64,000 nucleotides of DNA from Bryobacterales bacterium (lineage in GTDB: Bacteria; Acidobacteriota; Terriglobia; Bryobacterales; UBA6623). The stretch lies in contig OY729428.2 of assembly GCA_963422375.2 (NCBI GenBank), positions 576,001 to 640,000 on the forward strand, read 5' to 3'. The stretch's first letter is position 1. Every line of letters starts with the position of its first letter. A program made the position numbers and the translations under genes. The notes below the pieces were generated by a model. The model made no database searches. It was given only the letters and a program-made list of their open reading frames with translations, and had not been told where the DNA came from. Shown here in pieces: positions 39,650 through 50,629 of this stretch.

Positions 39650-41272
39650 GTGCTTGTAACCACTGCTTCGTTCTTGGGCTTCACCCTGCTGGTGGCGGCG
39701 ATCTCGTACGCCTACACCCGGCACGACCGGATGACGACCTGGGACGCGTACTTCCTCGGCGGCCGCAGCCTGACCGCTTGGGTCATCGCCGGGTCGCTGA
39801 TGCTGACCAACCTCTCGACCGAGCACCTGATCGGCCTCAACGGCGACGCCTTCAACCACACCATCGCGGTCACCGCGTGGGAGACCACGGCAGCCCTCGC
39901 GATGGTCGGCACGGCCCTGTACTTCCTGCCGCGCTTCCTGCGCATGGGCCTGTCCACGATCCCGGAGTACCTGTCCGGCCGCTACGACGCGGCCACCGGT
40001 GTCATTGCCGCCTCCCTGTTCCTGTTCTCCTACGTCCTGGCGATCCTGCCGGTCGTATTGCTATTCGGCGCGAGCGGCATCGACAGCCTGTTCGGCCTGC
40101 GGGAGGCGTTCGGCCTCAGCCAGACCCAAGTCACCTGGCTGCTCGTCTGGGGTGTGGGGACGCTCGGCTCGCTGTACGCGATTCTCGGCGGGCTGAAGGC
40201 CGTCGCGATATCCGACACGATCAACGGCGTCGGCTTCCTGATCGCTGGCCTGCTCGTCCCGGTGCTCGGCCTGCTCCAGATCGGCGACGGGAACGCGTGG
40301 GCCGGCTTGGAGACCGTGTACGCGGAGGAGCGTCCGAAGTTCGACATCACGGGCGACGAGCCCGGCTCTTTCCTGCCGTTCGGCGTGCTGTTCACGGGCA
40401 TGGTGGTCAACCAGATCTTCTTCTGGTGCGCGGGGCAGCAGATCGTCCAGCGGGGCTTCGGGGCCAAGAATCTCAAGGAGGGGCAGAAAGGCATGCTGAT
40501 CGCGGCGTGCTTCAAGCTGCTCGGCCCCTTGGTGATCGTCCTGCCGGGCGTGATCGCCTACCACATGTTCAAGGACACCCTAGGCCCCGAGGACTACCTC
40601 ATGGCCTACCCGACGCTGGTCAAGGCCGTGCTGCCGGCCTGGCTGAGCGGCTTCTTCGCGGCGGTCATGGTCGGCGCGGTCCTGAGCACCTTCAACAGCG
40701 TCCTGAACTCGTCCGCGACGCTATTCTGCCGAGACATCTACGGCCTGGTCCTGCGACCTGGCGCCAGCCAGAAGGAGTTCGTCTTCGCGGGGCGGGCCTG
40801 CAGCATCGCTCTCGCTGTCGGCGCGATGCTCATCGCGCCGATGATCGACACTTCCGGCAGCCTCTACAACTACTTGCAAAGGATCAACGCCACGGTGTTC
40901 GGTCCCATGCTGGCGGTCATCCTGCTCGGAATGCTGCACCGCCGCGTGACGGCCTTCGCCGCCAAGGCCGGCCTCGTCGGCGGCCCAGTGCTGTTCTTCC
41001 TGCTGGTGTTCACGTTCGACAGGCCGGTGCAGGCGTTCCTGCTAGGGCTGCTCGGCACGTCCGACGAGGTCCACTTCCTGCACTTTCTCGCGGTGGTCTT
41101 CGTCGCCGTTGTCGCCTTCATGCTCGTCTCGAGCGCGGTCCGACCGGCCCCGAGGCCCTACGAGGAGCGGGACGACCCGCGCGTCAGCATGACCCCTTGG
41201 AAGCACGCCAAGGCCATGGGCGCCTTCGTGTGCGTCTGCACGGTGGGCTGCTACGTGCTGCTCGCTCAGTAA
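39650..41272 (+). CDS. sodium:solute symporter (YidK-like, probable inositol/sugar substrate)
   Basis: YFLGGRSL, SLMLTNLSTE, GGLKAVAISD, QQIVQR, LSTFNSVLNS. Confidence 0.9.
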   Translation: MLVTTASFLGFTLLVAAISYAYTRHDRMTTWDAYFLGGRSLTAWVIAGSLMLTNLSTEHLIGLNGDAFNHTIAVTAWETTAALAMVGTALYFLPRFLRMGLSTIPEYLSGRYDAATGVIAASLFLFSYVLAILPVVLLFGASGIDSLFGLREAFGLSQTQVTWLLVWGVGTLGSLYAILGGLKAVAISDTINGVGFLIAGLLVPVLGLLQIGDGNAWAGLETVYAEERPKFDITGDEPGSFLPFGVLFTGMVVNQIFFWCAGQQIVQRGFGAKNLKEGQKGMLIAACFKLLGPLVIVLPGVIAYHMFKDTLGPEDYLMAYPTLVKAVLPAWLSGFFAAVMVGAVLSTFNSVLNSSATLFCRDIYGLVLRPGASQKEFVFAGRACSIALAVGAMLIAPMIDTSGSLYNYLQRINATVFGPMLAVILLGMLHRRVTAFAAKAGLVGGPVLFFLLVFTFDRPVQAFLLGLLGTSDEVHFLHFLAVVFVAVVAFMLVSSAVRPAPRPYEERDDPRVSMTPWKHAKAMGAFVCVCTVGCYVLLAQ

Positions 41273-42225
41273 CCGGCACCGAGCACCGCAGCACCGTCGA
41301 GACTCGCCTGCCGCGAGCTCGGCCGCGCGCTCAGGGCCAAGCCGACGGACCTGAGGAAGCGGAGGTTGGCGACGGCGTCGGCGAACGAGGACTGGACGCT
41401 CAGCGGGCCGCGGTCCTGTTCCACGGTCGCCCAGCCTTGGTAGCAGGCGGCCTCCAAGGCCGCCTTCAGCGCGGGAAAGTCCATCGCTCCGTCGCCTAGG
41501 TGGCAGAAGACCCCGCGCGCGCAGGCCTCGTAGAATCCCACGCGCTCCGCCACGGCCTGCCGGAGCTTCGCCGCGTCGAGATCCTTGAGGTGGATGTAGC
41601 TGACTCTCGCGGCGTGGCGGCGGAACAGGGCGACGGGATCGAAGCCGGCGTACAGGCTGTGACCGGTGTCGAGGCAGATCCCCAGCAGGGTCTCGTCAAC
41701 CGCGTCCAGCACGCGCTCCAGCTCGTCCTCGAACTCGACGCATCCACCCGCATGCGCGTGGATGCTCGGCAAGAGACCGTACTCGTCCCTGCCGATCACC
41801 GCCGCGGCGCGGATGCGCTCGTGCATTCCGGCTAGCTGGGTCGCATCGAGGCGCGGGGCCCGTGCCTGATCGCCGGCATATGCGGAGCGCTCCGCCGAGA
41901 GGCTGTCAATGAACACGAGGTGCCGTGCCCCGAGAGGACGAAGCATGCGGCACGTGCGACGGACGGCGTCCTGCAGCTCCTCCCAAGCGTCGGGGTCGTG
42001 GAAGGGCCGGAACACCACGCCCGCCGTCAGGGCCAGGCCTCGCTCCGCAAGTTCCTCGCCGAGCGCCGCAGCGTCTTCCGGCATGAATCCGATGGGTCCC
42101 AGCTCGGTTCCGCGGTAGCCCGCGCGGCTCGTCTCTGCCAGCACGTCCTGCCAAGGCGGATTCGACGAAGCGTCAGGAAACTCGACTCCCCAAGAGCAAG
42201 GGGCGTTACCGATGTAGAGAGGCAT
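41266..42225 (-). CDS. IolE-like TIM-barrel (myo-inosose-2 dehydratase family)
   Basis: NAPCSWGVE, GTELGP, HAHAG, LDTGH, HLKD, TVEQD. Confidence 0.82.
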   Translation of the reverse strand: MPLYIGNAPCSWGVEFPDASSNPPWQDVLAETSRAGYRGTELGPIGFMPEDAAALGEELAERGLALTAGVVFRPFHDPDAWEELQDAVRRTCRMLRPLGARHLVFIDSLSAERSAYAGDQARAPRLDATQLAGMHERIRAAAVIGRDEYGLLPSIHAHAGGCVEFEDELERVLDAVDETLLGICLDTGHSLYAGFDPVALFRRHAARVSYIHLKDLDAAKLRQAVAERVGFYEACARGVFCHLGDGAMDFPALKAALEAACYQGWATVEQDRGPLSVQSSFADAVANLRFLRSVGLALSARPSSRQASLDGAAVLGAGY

Positions 42226-42363
42226 CGCTATCTCAGCCAACGAAGATACAGCAGCGGGGCGGCCGGCGGACCGCCAAGCATCGGCTAGGTCGAGTCTCCG
42301 TCCGATCCGGCCGCTCGATCCCGACGCAGCGACGCGGGCTTGAAAGAACCGTCGGCAGGAGCT

Positions 42364-43821
42364 TCAATTGCCGAGTTGGCGCTCGATGTAGCGCACGTAC
42401 TCGGGCCGTTCGCGCCACTCCTCAATGTAGGGAGCGTAGCCGTCCTCGACCATCCACCAAGCGGGCTTCGATTCCTCCGGGTCGAAGTCGCCGTCGGCGT
42501 AGTCGCGGCCGGCAGCGCTGGCCTCGACAGAGGCCTCCCAAGCGTCGACAGCCTCTCGGAGTCGCGTCGCGTCTTCCGGCCGCTCCGCGGCCAGATCTCT
42601 AGTCTCGCTCGGATCATTCGCTACGTCGAACACCTCGTAGACGCGGTTCTCGCGGTCATTGGCAACAATCTTGAGCTCGTTGTCAATCAGCGCGACCCGT
42701 CGGGTGTGCCGGAACGCGATCGGCTTGTCCCGTCTTTCGAGCTCGCGCTTAAACAAGGGCTCCAAGTTCATGCCGTCCTGCGGCTGCAGCGCGGCCGCGT
42801 CCTCGAGGCCGGCGACCGCCGCCACCGTGGGAAAGATGTCCATCGTGACGGCCGGGAACGGCGTGACCCGGGGCTGCGGGATGCCCTCGGGCCATTCGAT
42901 GACCGCCGGAACGCGAATGCCGCCTTCGTAGAGGCTGCCCTTGAAGCCGCGCAGGTTGCCGACCGTGCCGGGCTTGATCCGTGGCAGGCCCCCGTTGTCG
43001 CTGGTGAACCAGACCAAGGTGTTGCGCTCGACCTGCAGCTGCCGCAGGCCGGCGCGCAGCGCACCGACGCTTCGATCCATGGCGACGAGTTCCCCGTAAT
43101 GGTGCTGCGAGTTCTCGTCAAGGTCGGCGAACGGGGCGCGATCCGCATCGGACGCGATCCAAGGGGAGTGCGGCGTGCCGTACCAGATCACGACGAAAAA
43201 GGGACGGTCCTGCTGCGCCTGCCTAGCGATGAATTCCAAAGCCTCGTCAACGATGACCTCGGACGAATCGCCCTCCATCTGCGCGAACAGACCGTTCCGG
43301 CTCATCAGCGGGTCGCGCTCGAAGAAGTTCGTGACCGACAGCCACTCGTCGAATCCGAATGCTCCCGGAGCGTGCTCGTCCGCCGCCAGGACCGGGACGC
43401 CCGGACCCCGCAGGCCGTTCAGGTGCCACTTGCCGAAATGCCCTGTAGCGTATCCCGCCTCGTCCAGCGCCCGCGAAATCGTTCTCTCCTGGCGCCGGAG
43501 AGCATGTCCGTGGTCCGCCACGCCCGTGCGGTCGTTCGTCCTGCCGGTCAGAACGGTCGCTCTGGTGGGAGAGCAATTCGGAGCTCCCGCGTAGAACCTA
43601 TCGAAGCGCAAGCCGGCGGCGGCCATCGCGTCGAGGTGCGGTGTCTTGAGGGCAGGGTGCCCGTAGTAGCCGGTCTGCCCCCAGCCCATGTCGTCGGCCA
43701 TGACGAGAACGAGGTTGGGCCGTGGGTCACCCACAGCGCTTTCCGGCGCCGGGCAGCCAACAGAGACCGCAAGCACGAGCGCCGAAGCCAAGGGTAGAAG
43801 GAGCCGCAACGAATTGGACAT
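42364..43821 (-). CDS. formylglycine-dependent sulfatase, probable lipoprotein
   Basis: MADDMG, CSPTR, GKWHL, SDNG, KGSLYEGGIRVP; SVGC lipobox-like. Confidence 0.92.
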   Translation of the reverse strand: MSNSLRLLLPLASALVLAVSVGCPAPESAVGDPRPNLVLVMADDMGWGQTGYYGHPALKTPHLDAMAAAGLRFDRFYAGAPNCSPTRATVLTGRTNDRTGVADHGHALRRQERTISRALDEAGYATGHFGKWHLNGLRGPGVPVLAADEHAPGAFGFDEWLSVTNFFERDPLMSRNGLFAQMEGDSSEVIVDEALEFIARQAQQDRPFFVVIWYGTPHSPWIASDADRAPFADLDENSQHHYGELVAMDRSVGALRAGLRQLQVERNTLVWFTSDNGGLPRIKPGTVGNLRGFKGSLYEGGIRVPAVIEWPEGIPQPRVTPFPAVTMDIFPTVAAVAGLEDAAALQPQDGMNLEPLFKRELERRDKPIAFRHTRRVALIDNELKIVANDRENRVYEVFDVANDPSETRDLAAERPEDATRLREAVDAWEASVEASAAGRDYADGDFDPEESKPAWWMVEDGYAPYIEEWRERPEYVRYIERQLGN

Positions 43822-45296
43822 GGGAAATCTTCAAGCGCCGATTCTATCAAGGACCCTGTTGCACAACTGCGAATAAGGCGGCAGTGCCGCGTAGCGTCCG
43901 GAGTCCTCTCTCGGTTGACCGGCGGCCGAGCGCACCTCAGGGCGCGCTCGCTCTAGTCGGCCCTCCTTCGTGTCTGCCCGTCTGTGCGTCGTCGGTGTTC
44001 CGCGAGCGACTGCTGGCTTCTCTTGCGAACGGGCCGCCGACCGACACGATGCGCAGTGGGCATGGCGGGAGCTTCCCCGTGGCATACTCGCGTCAGTTAG
44101 CCAAGCGAACACCCGCATCGCCCGCCCCCAGCCCACCGTCGCTCGGGCAAAGACCTCCATTCGATGACCAGTTGGCCGGACGCGACTAGGAGCATGGGGC
44201 TGGACGGATTACGAACTAGTCGGCCTCGGGCGATGTCCTTCGTTCCGATCAGCGCGATCCTGCTGGGCATGCTAGCTATGTTGGCATCGGCACCGGTCAA
44301 GATCGACCGCTCGCTGCCGGATGTGAAGAAGAATCCTCTCGATGGCACAATCAAGGGGTTCGCGAGCTTCCGCAGTTCAAAGCTGCGCCGATTCCGTTGC
44401 CAGACGAGAAATTGCTGTCGGAGTCAAATTACAATCATGAAGCAAATTGGCCTATGGTTCAATCCCTTCCATCGGTCTTACGAACTACCATGAAGTTATT
44501 CAATGGCAAATGTAGTTCATCGAAGACATCTTTCAAGGGCATCTTTTTGCCGATAATTACGGATTCAATTACTCTTCAATATAAACGCCCTAACATACGA
44601 ACCGTTGCAGAAATATTTGGATCATAGACTTCGAGTTATTCATCCTTAATATTGGGAGATAATAGACATCGATTATGACGGAAATTGTGCCTTAGTATCA
44701 TACGGAATATTCCCCAAGACTTCCAGTTCTTTGGTCACCTACAATATAGCGAGAACGGACCTAAGTTCCTCCGATTCAGACTGCACAGACATGAACCCCA
44801 TGTGTTGAACCAGATGCACATCAACTGCGATTGGAAGGGATGCGACTGCAACCCAAGCACGACTTGGAGCGAGACCGGCACGGTCATCCCAATTCCCCTT
44901 CGCTCGCCGGAGATCGGCAAGAGCCGCACCTCCCATATCCCGTCTTCGAACAGGCGCTTGGCCTCCCGCAGGTCCGCGATTTCCGCTTCCGGCTCGGGCT
45001 GCACCTCACCCACGCCCGCCTCGGACCGGCACCGAGATCGTCGAGCGCTCCGAACGCCGCGTCTTCGGGCGCGACCCGCAGGGACGCCCATCTCGCCATG
45101 TTGCGGGAGCGGGTGCGCCGCGAGCGAGCCAGTTTCTGGAGCCTGCCGGCCCCGTTCGGCACCACGGCGACCGAATCAAGCAGCCGACCGCTGCCGGGTA
45201 TTTCTCCGCGACTAGTCCAGTCGACACCGCCGGGCATCTGCGCTGGGATGGCAGGAACGAGCCACAGGGCGCTACGGACAAGGGCGTTGTCTAGCG

Positions 45297-45373
45297 TGGT
45301 GGGCGGCGCCGGATTCGAACCGGCGGCCTCCTGCTTGTAAGACAGGCGCTCTGACCAACTGAGCTAGCCGCCC
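45297..45373 (-). tRNA. tRNA-Val (TAC)
   Basis: GGGCGGCTAGCTCAGTTGG..CCTGT-CTTACAA-GCAGG..GGTTCGAATCC..CCGCCCACCA cloverleaf with encoded CCA. Confidence 0.97.
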
Positions 45374-45525
45374 AAGTTCCTTCCCTCGCCATGGCACTCG
45401 CAGCCATTCTTGCGGAACGCCGAGCCTCGAAGCGCCCCGAGCTCAGTTTCGCAGGTGACGGCACGGTGAAGCAACGCAGCCGTGGAGCGACGTCCGCACC
45501 GTCGCGATCTCGTCTGGGCCCTCAG

Positions 45526-46677
45526 TCACTGGCAGTAAACCGATTCCGCCGCTCGGACCCCGCCGCTCGATCCCAGGCAAGTCTCCAGCGCGCCAAGGAG
45601 CAGCAGGACGTAGTTCCGTTGCGAGGACGCCCCCATCAGCCCTACCCGCAGGATCTTGCCGGCTAGCGGGCCGAACCCGCCCAGTACCTCGATGCCGAAC
45701 TCCTCGAGCAGGCGCCTGCGCAGAGCGGCGTCGTTGCAGCCGTCCGGCAGCGCGGGCGTGTTCAGGGTCCAGAGCCGGTACTCCGGCGCAACGTGCATCC
45801 GGAGTCCGATCGCCTCGATCCCGGCGACGAACGCCCGGTGGTTCAGCCGGTGCCGGGCGAAGCGAGATTCGAGCGTTTCCTCCTTGCAGAGCCGCAACGC
45901 CTCCCGCAGAGCGTAGAACATGGTGATCGGCGTGGTGTGGTGGTAGCGGTGCGACTTGCCCCAGTACTCGTCGATCAGCTTCAGGTCCAGATACCAGGAA
46001 ACGCAGGGCGTCGCTCGCGCCCGCAGCCGCTCCAAGGCCCGCGGCGACAACGTGAGCGGGGCAAGGCCCGGAGGCGCGCTGAGGCATTTCTGCGTGCCGC
46101 TGTAGGCGATGTCTATCCCGCTCGCGTCGACGCCCACCGGCATGCCGCCTAAGGATGTGACACAGTCCCCCACCACAAGGGCCCCGCAGGCACGCGCCGC
46201 CTCGCAGATTGCCGCGCCGGGCTGCAGCGCCCCGGTTGAAGTCTCCGCGTGAACGAACATGACTACGTCGGGACGCTCCCGGCTGACGAATTCGCGGGCC
46301 TCGTCGTCGGTGAACACGCCGCCCCATGCCTTCTCTAAGCGCGCGATGCTCGCCCGCTGGCGTCTGCACATCTCCGTGAAGCGGTCGGAGAAATAGCCGT
46401 TGGCGAAGACCGCGACCTTGGTTCCGGGCTCGACGAAGTTCACCACCGAAGCTTCCATTCCGGCCGAGCCCGTGCCGGGCACGGCGATCGTGAACTCGTT
46501 CTCCGTGCCGAACACGTAGCGCAGCAGGTCCGCCGTGTCCTGCAGCACTCCGAAGAAGTCCGGGTCGGTGTGCCCGACCAGGGGGGAGGCCATTGCCTGG
46601 TACACGCGCGGGTCCACCATGCTCGGGCCGGGCCCAAGCAGGATGCGATGGGGAGGCTGATAGAAGTCGATGGCCAT
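45526..46677 (-). CDS. alanine-glyoxylate/serine-pyruvate aminotransferase (class V PLP)
   Basis: [42 protein letters not shown]. Confidence 0.92.
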   Translation of the reverse strand: MAIDFYQPPHRILLGPGPSMVDPRVYQAMASPLVGHTDPDFFGVLQDTADLLRYVFGTENEFTIAVPGTGSAGMEASVVNFVEPGTKVAVFANGYFSDRFTEMCRRQRASIARLEKAWGGVFTDDEAREFVSRERPDVVMFVHAETSTGALQPGAAICEAARACGALVVGDCVTSLGGMPVGVDASGIDIAYSGTQKCLSAPPGLAPLTLSPRALERLRARATPCVSWYLDLKLIDEYWGKSHRYHHTTPITMFYALREALRLCKEETLESRFARHRLNHRAFVAGIEAIGLRMHVAPEYRLWTLNTPALPDGCNDAALRRRLLEEFGIEVLGGFGPLAGKILRVGLMGASSQRNYVLLLLGALETCLGSSGGVRAAESVYCQ

Positions 46678-46831
46678 GAATCCCTGCCAGCGCCGCGACG
46701 CCAAGCGCCTCGCAGCGGACTCGGAAGCGCCCGCACCAAGGACCGGGGCCCGGCGCGATACCGGGCGACCGGACGCGTCGCCCGCCACGCCTAATGACAA
46801 GATAGCGCAACGCCCGGCCGGGTTGCGGGCA

Positions 46832-46840
46832 TGGTACGCT
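46832..46840 (+). promoter_or_regulatory. putative extended -10 promoter of a leaderless gene
   Basis: TGgTACGCT 7 nt upstream of ATG 46848, no SD. Confidence 0.5.
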
Positions 46841-46847
46841 CTCTGAT

Positions 46848-48044
46848 ATGCAAGCCCTGATCGAACGGCGGACGCTGTTCCGCTCCGCGGCGGCCTTCAC
46901 GGCAGCGTCCTACGCTCGGATCCTCGGCGCGAACGAGAAGGTGAACATGGGCCTCATCGGCTGCGGCGGCCGCGGCCGCGGGGTGTTGGGGTCGTTCGTG
47001 AAGAATCCGAGCGTGAACGCGACCGCGCTCTGCGACGTGTTCAGCGCCCGCATCGACGAGGCGTCCCAAGTCGCTCCGAACGCGAAGGGCTACAAGGAAC
47101 ACGAGAGGCTGCTGGAAGACCAAGACGTGGACGCCGTCTTGATCGCCACCCCCGACCACTGGCACGCAGGGACTTGCATCGACGCGGCCAACGCGGGCAA
47201 GGACATCTACTGCGAGAAACCGCTGACCCTGCGCATCGAGGAGGGCCCGGAAATCGTCAAGGCGGTGCGCCTGAACAAGCGGGTCTGCCAGGTCGGCATG
47301 CAGCAGCGGTCAGCCAAGCACTACCTCATGGCGAAGGAGAAGTTCTTCGACAGCGGAGCGATCGGCAAGGTCACCTTGGCGAGAACCTGGTGGCACGGCA
47401 ACGGCGCCCATCTCCGGCCGTTCCCTCCCCAGTACACGCAGCAGCCGTCGAACCTCGACTGGGGACGGTTCCTCGGACCCGTCAAGTGGCGCGAGTACGA
47501 CCCCAAGCAATACTTCAACTTCCGGGCCTACCTCGAGTACGGCGGAGGCCAGATCACCGACCTGTTCACCCACTGGATCGACGCGGTGCATATGTTCATC
47601 GGGCAGGACAACCCGGTCGCGGCCGTGGCGTCAGGAGGCATCTACCACTACAAGGACGGTCGCACCGCGCCCGACACGATCGCGTGCTACCTCGACTATC
47701 CGGGGGAGTGGACCGCCACTTTTGAAGGTACCTTGGCGCCGGGCCTGCGCGGCGCCGGGGTCGAGGTCATCGGTACCGAAGGCCGGCTCTGGATCACTCG
47801 CCAGCGATACGAGTGGTACCGGCCGGACAAGAACCGGCCCGCCGAGACGCAGCCGAACATCGGCAACATGACTCAGGACCACGTGGACAACTTCATCGAC
47901 TGCGTCAAGAGCCGGGAGAAGCCCAACGGAGACGTATGGATCGGCCACCGCTCGGCGCAAGCGTCCCATCTCGGCAACATCGCCTACCTGCAGAAGCGCC
48001 GACTCAAGTTCGATCCGGACCGCGAGGAGATATTGCCGCTGTGA
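46848..48044 (+). CDS. Gfo/Idh/MocA oxidoreductase, Tat-exported
   Basis: ERRTLF, GCGGRG, ATPDHWH, YCEKP. Confidence 0.9.
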   Translation: MQALIERRTLFRSAAAFTAASYARILGANEKVNMGLIGCGGRGRGVLGSFVKNPSVNATALCDVFSARIDEASQVAPNAKGYKEHERLLEDQDVDAVLIATPDHWHAGTCIDAANAGKDIYCEKPLTLRIEEGPEIVKAVRLNKRVCQVGMQQRSAKHYLMAKEKFFDSGAIGKVTLARTWWHGNGAHLRPFPPQYTQQPSNLDWGRFLGPVKWREYDPKQYFNFRAYLEYGGGQITDLFTHWIDAVHMFIGQDNPVAAVASGGIYHYKDGRTAPDTIACYLDYPGEWTATFEGTLAPGLRGAGVEVIGTEGRLWITRQRYEWYRPDKNRPAETQPNIGNMTQDHVDNFIDCVKSREKPNGDVWIGHRSAQASHLGNIAYLQKRRLKFDPDREEILPL

Positions 48045-48069
48045 CAGACGGTCCGGGCCACGTCCCGGA

Positions 48070-48912
48070 CTAGCGCAGGAGACCTTCGACGAACGGGACC
48101 TCGAACACTTTCTCGTGCTGGATGGGCCCGTGTCCGAAGTACCCGTCCTCTCCGAACAGTTCGCCGTGGTCAGCGGTGATCGTGATATAGGTGTTGGCAG
48201 GCACTAAGTCGAAGAGTTCCTCGACCACCCGGTCCAGGTACCGCACCGCGCCCACCTGACGGTCGCGCAAGAGGTCGAGCTTGGTCTGATCGAAGAAAGC
48301 CTGCGTGCCTTCGACCAGCTTGCCGCCGACGATGTGGTCGTCCAAGTGCCGGAACACCCCGTGGACACCGCTGACGCGCGGCCACTTGTCCGGCGGCTCG
48401 TCCGGCAGCGCGTAGGGATAGTGCGTCTCGCCGACGTTCAGGATGTAGAACGAGGGGCGGTCCTCGGGGAAGCGCATCTCGCGCAGCATGGCTCGCATGT
48501 CGTTGTGGGCGGGCATGAGCCGGAAGGTGTCGAAGCCGGTGTTGAGGATCGTGCGGGGGTTCAGCACGGGCAGGGAGACCATTGCATGGGTCCGGTAGTT
48601 GAAGCGCTTCTGCAGGAAGCTCGGGAAGTAGAGCTGGGGCACCAAGGACTTGAAGCCGACGTCGTCGACGCCCAGGCGCTCGTTGAACTTGAAGAAGTCC
48701 TTCTTGTAGTACTCCGACGCGTAGACGTGCTTGGGGCTGACGTGCGGGAGCAGGCCCATCAGGAGATTGTAGTGGGACGGGGCCGTCCACGAGGCGTACG
48801 ACCAGCGCGCCTCGACGTGGCCGAGCTTGTCGATGGTCCGAGGGCGGGCCTCGAGGAACGTGTCGTACCGGCAGCTGTCGAAGATGACGAGAATGTAATT
48901 GTTGGGGCGCAT
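48070..48912 (-). CDS. alkaline-phosphatase-superfamily (sulfatase-like) metalloenzyme
   Basis: IFDSCRYD, SWTAPSH, ETHYPY, TADHGE, FGHG; no CxPxR. Confidence 0.8.
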   Translation of the reverse strand: MRPNNYILVIFDSCRYDTFLEARPRTIDKLGHVEARWSYASWTAPSHYNLLMGLLPHVSPKHVYASEYYKKDFFKFNERLGVDDVGFKSLVPQLYFPSFLQKRFNYRTHAMVSLPVLNPRTILNTGFDTFRLMPAHNDMRAMLREMRFPEDRPSFYILNVGETHYPYALPDEPPDKWPRVSGVHGVFRHLDDHIVGGKLVEGTQAFFDQTKLDLLRDRQVGAVRYLDRVVEELFDLVPANTYITITADHGELFGEDGYFGHGPIQHEKVFEVPFVEGLLR

Positions 48913-49006
48913 CGAGAGTAGACTCCGATTGTAGAGTCACCCGTTTGTCGGTCAAGCCCACCGGGAATCAGTGGCTCACGGAAACGATGGACTCTCCCTT
49001 CGGATT

Positions 49007-50460
49007 AGGAAATACTTACGTGTTTACCCAAGACCGCCCGGAGCGTGCATGGCTAGCATCTGCGGCCCGATATCTTCAGCAAGTCCCAGTCCTGCTTGGG
49101 AGGCCCTGCCATTATCGCTCGAGAGATATTTTCGGGCGTGTCCGGGATGGAAGGCGGCATCTTGTACTTCAACGGTCGTCCGCGCTTGCCCGCGCCAATT
49201 CCTCGGTTCCCGAGCGTGCACCTGACCGCTCCCGCTCCCTATCCGCGACCCGCCCGATGATCCACCCGATGTCCGCATCGCCGGACGTCTGACGTTCTCA
49301 AGCTCACGCCGCAATCGCGCGCGCCGGAGGACAGTCGGTGGCCCTTGCTCAGGCTCTTGTGCCGGACCTGCTTTCCACTCAGGGCGTCAGCCATCACGCA
49401 CATCTGCTTGATCGTATCGAGATCTCGGATATTGTGCCGTCCGGCGAACTCGGTCACGTAGCGCTCGAAGTGCTTGCAACTCATCTTGTGAAACGTGCCT
49501 TAGAACCCTCGCTTCAGCATCGACCGGAAGGACTCCATGCCGTTGACCTGAGCCTTGCCGCTGGCGTGCTCCCCGACGCTGCGATTGACGGATTTGTGAT
49601 TCAGCAGGCCAGCGCACACTCCCCTCTCGTCCGTGTACGCCGCAGCGTCCCTGGGCGGACGTGTCCGCGAGGATCCCTCCCGCCGTGTCCTTCGTCACGC
49701 ACTCGACCGGAGTGGCGGGAACCCTGCTGGAATTCCGATCCTTCACGCCGACCGTGGCGCTCTTGCCGACCGGCCCGCGCCCGGCCCTCAACTTCGTCGA
49801 CTCGTGCTTGTTCCTCTCCTTGCCGCCGAGGCTAGGCTCGTCCATCTCCACCGGCCCGGAGGTCGGCTCGCCCTGCGCTTGCCAGGTCTCGTGGATGCGA
49901 TGCGCGAGGAACCAGGCCGTCTTCCGGGTCGCGGTGGATTCTCATGCTGGACGTTCCTTCAGCCCAGTCGAGAGCAGGTAGAGCGCGATCACCTAGGTCT
50001 GGAGACCGAGGTTGGAGTTACTGAAAGCGTCAAATGCAATCGCCACACACTGCCCTACATCTAGGGCTTGCCGTTGGCAACTCGCAACATACGGCACTTA
50101 CCGCCTTTGGTCCGGGAGAAGACTTTTTACGCCCTCTATATGCATGCATCAGCGTTCCGGTCTTGACCGAATGGTCCTGGCGGCAGCCGCGGCAGCGGTA
50201 CGTCTAGGGCTTGCGCGTTGGCCGCTCCCGCACATTCGGCGATCCGCGTTGACGGCGGTACACAGCGACAGGCCAGCGATGCCCGACGAACCAGCCCTCA
50301 GCCGCTGCATTGTCCAAGAACCTCCGCATGACGTCAACCAGCGAAAGCCCTTCACGCTCGCGGCGTCCGGGTGCCTTGCGTGCCACCCTTAAGAGGTCAG
50401 GTCACCCAACCCCGGGCTGCGGCGTCAATGGCGTCTTGGGTAAGCACGTATAGGATCCCC
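49007..50460 (-). mobile_element. IS1595-family element, degraded transposase
   Basis: TIR core TACGTGYTTACCCAAGAC at both ends; 8-bp TSD TTCGGATT (48999-49006 and 50461-50468); VEMDE..LGG, KHFERYVTEFAGRHN. Confidence 0.9.
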
Positions 50461-50629
50461 TTCGGATTCGCCGAGCGGAGGGTCGCACTTCGGCCCACCT
50501 CGGGTGGTGCCGGTCGACCGCACGCTGGATCCTTGAGCGGGGACACCCGAAGACAATCCATCACTCTCGCAATAGGTTCGGCCAACGTTCATCATCGTAC
50601 ACTGAGGTGCCAAGTGGAAGTATTGGTTC

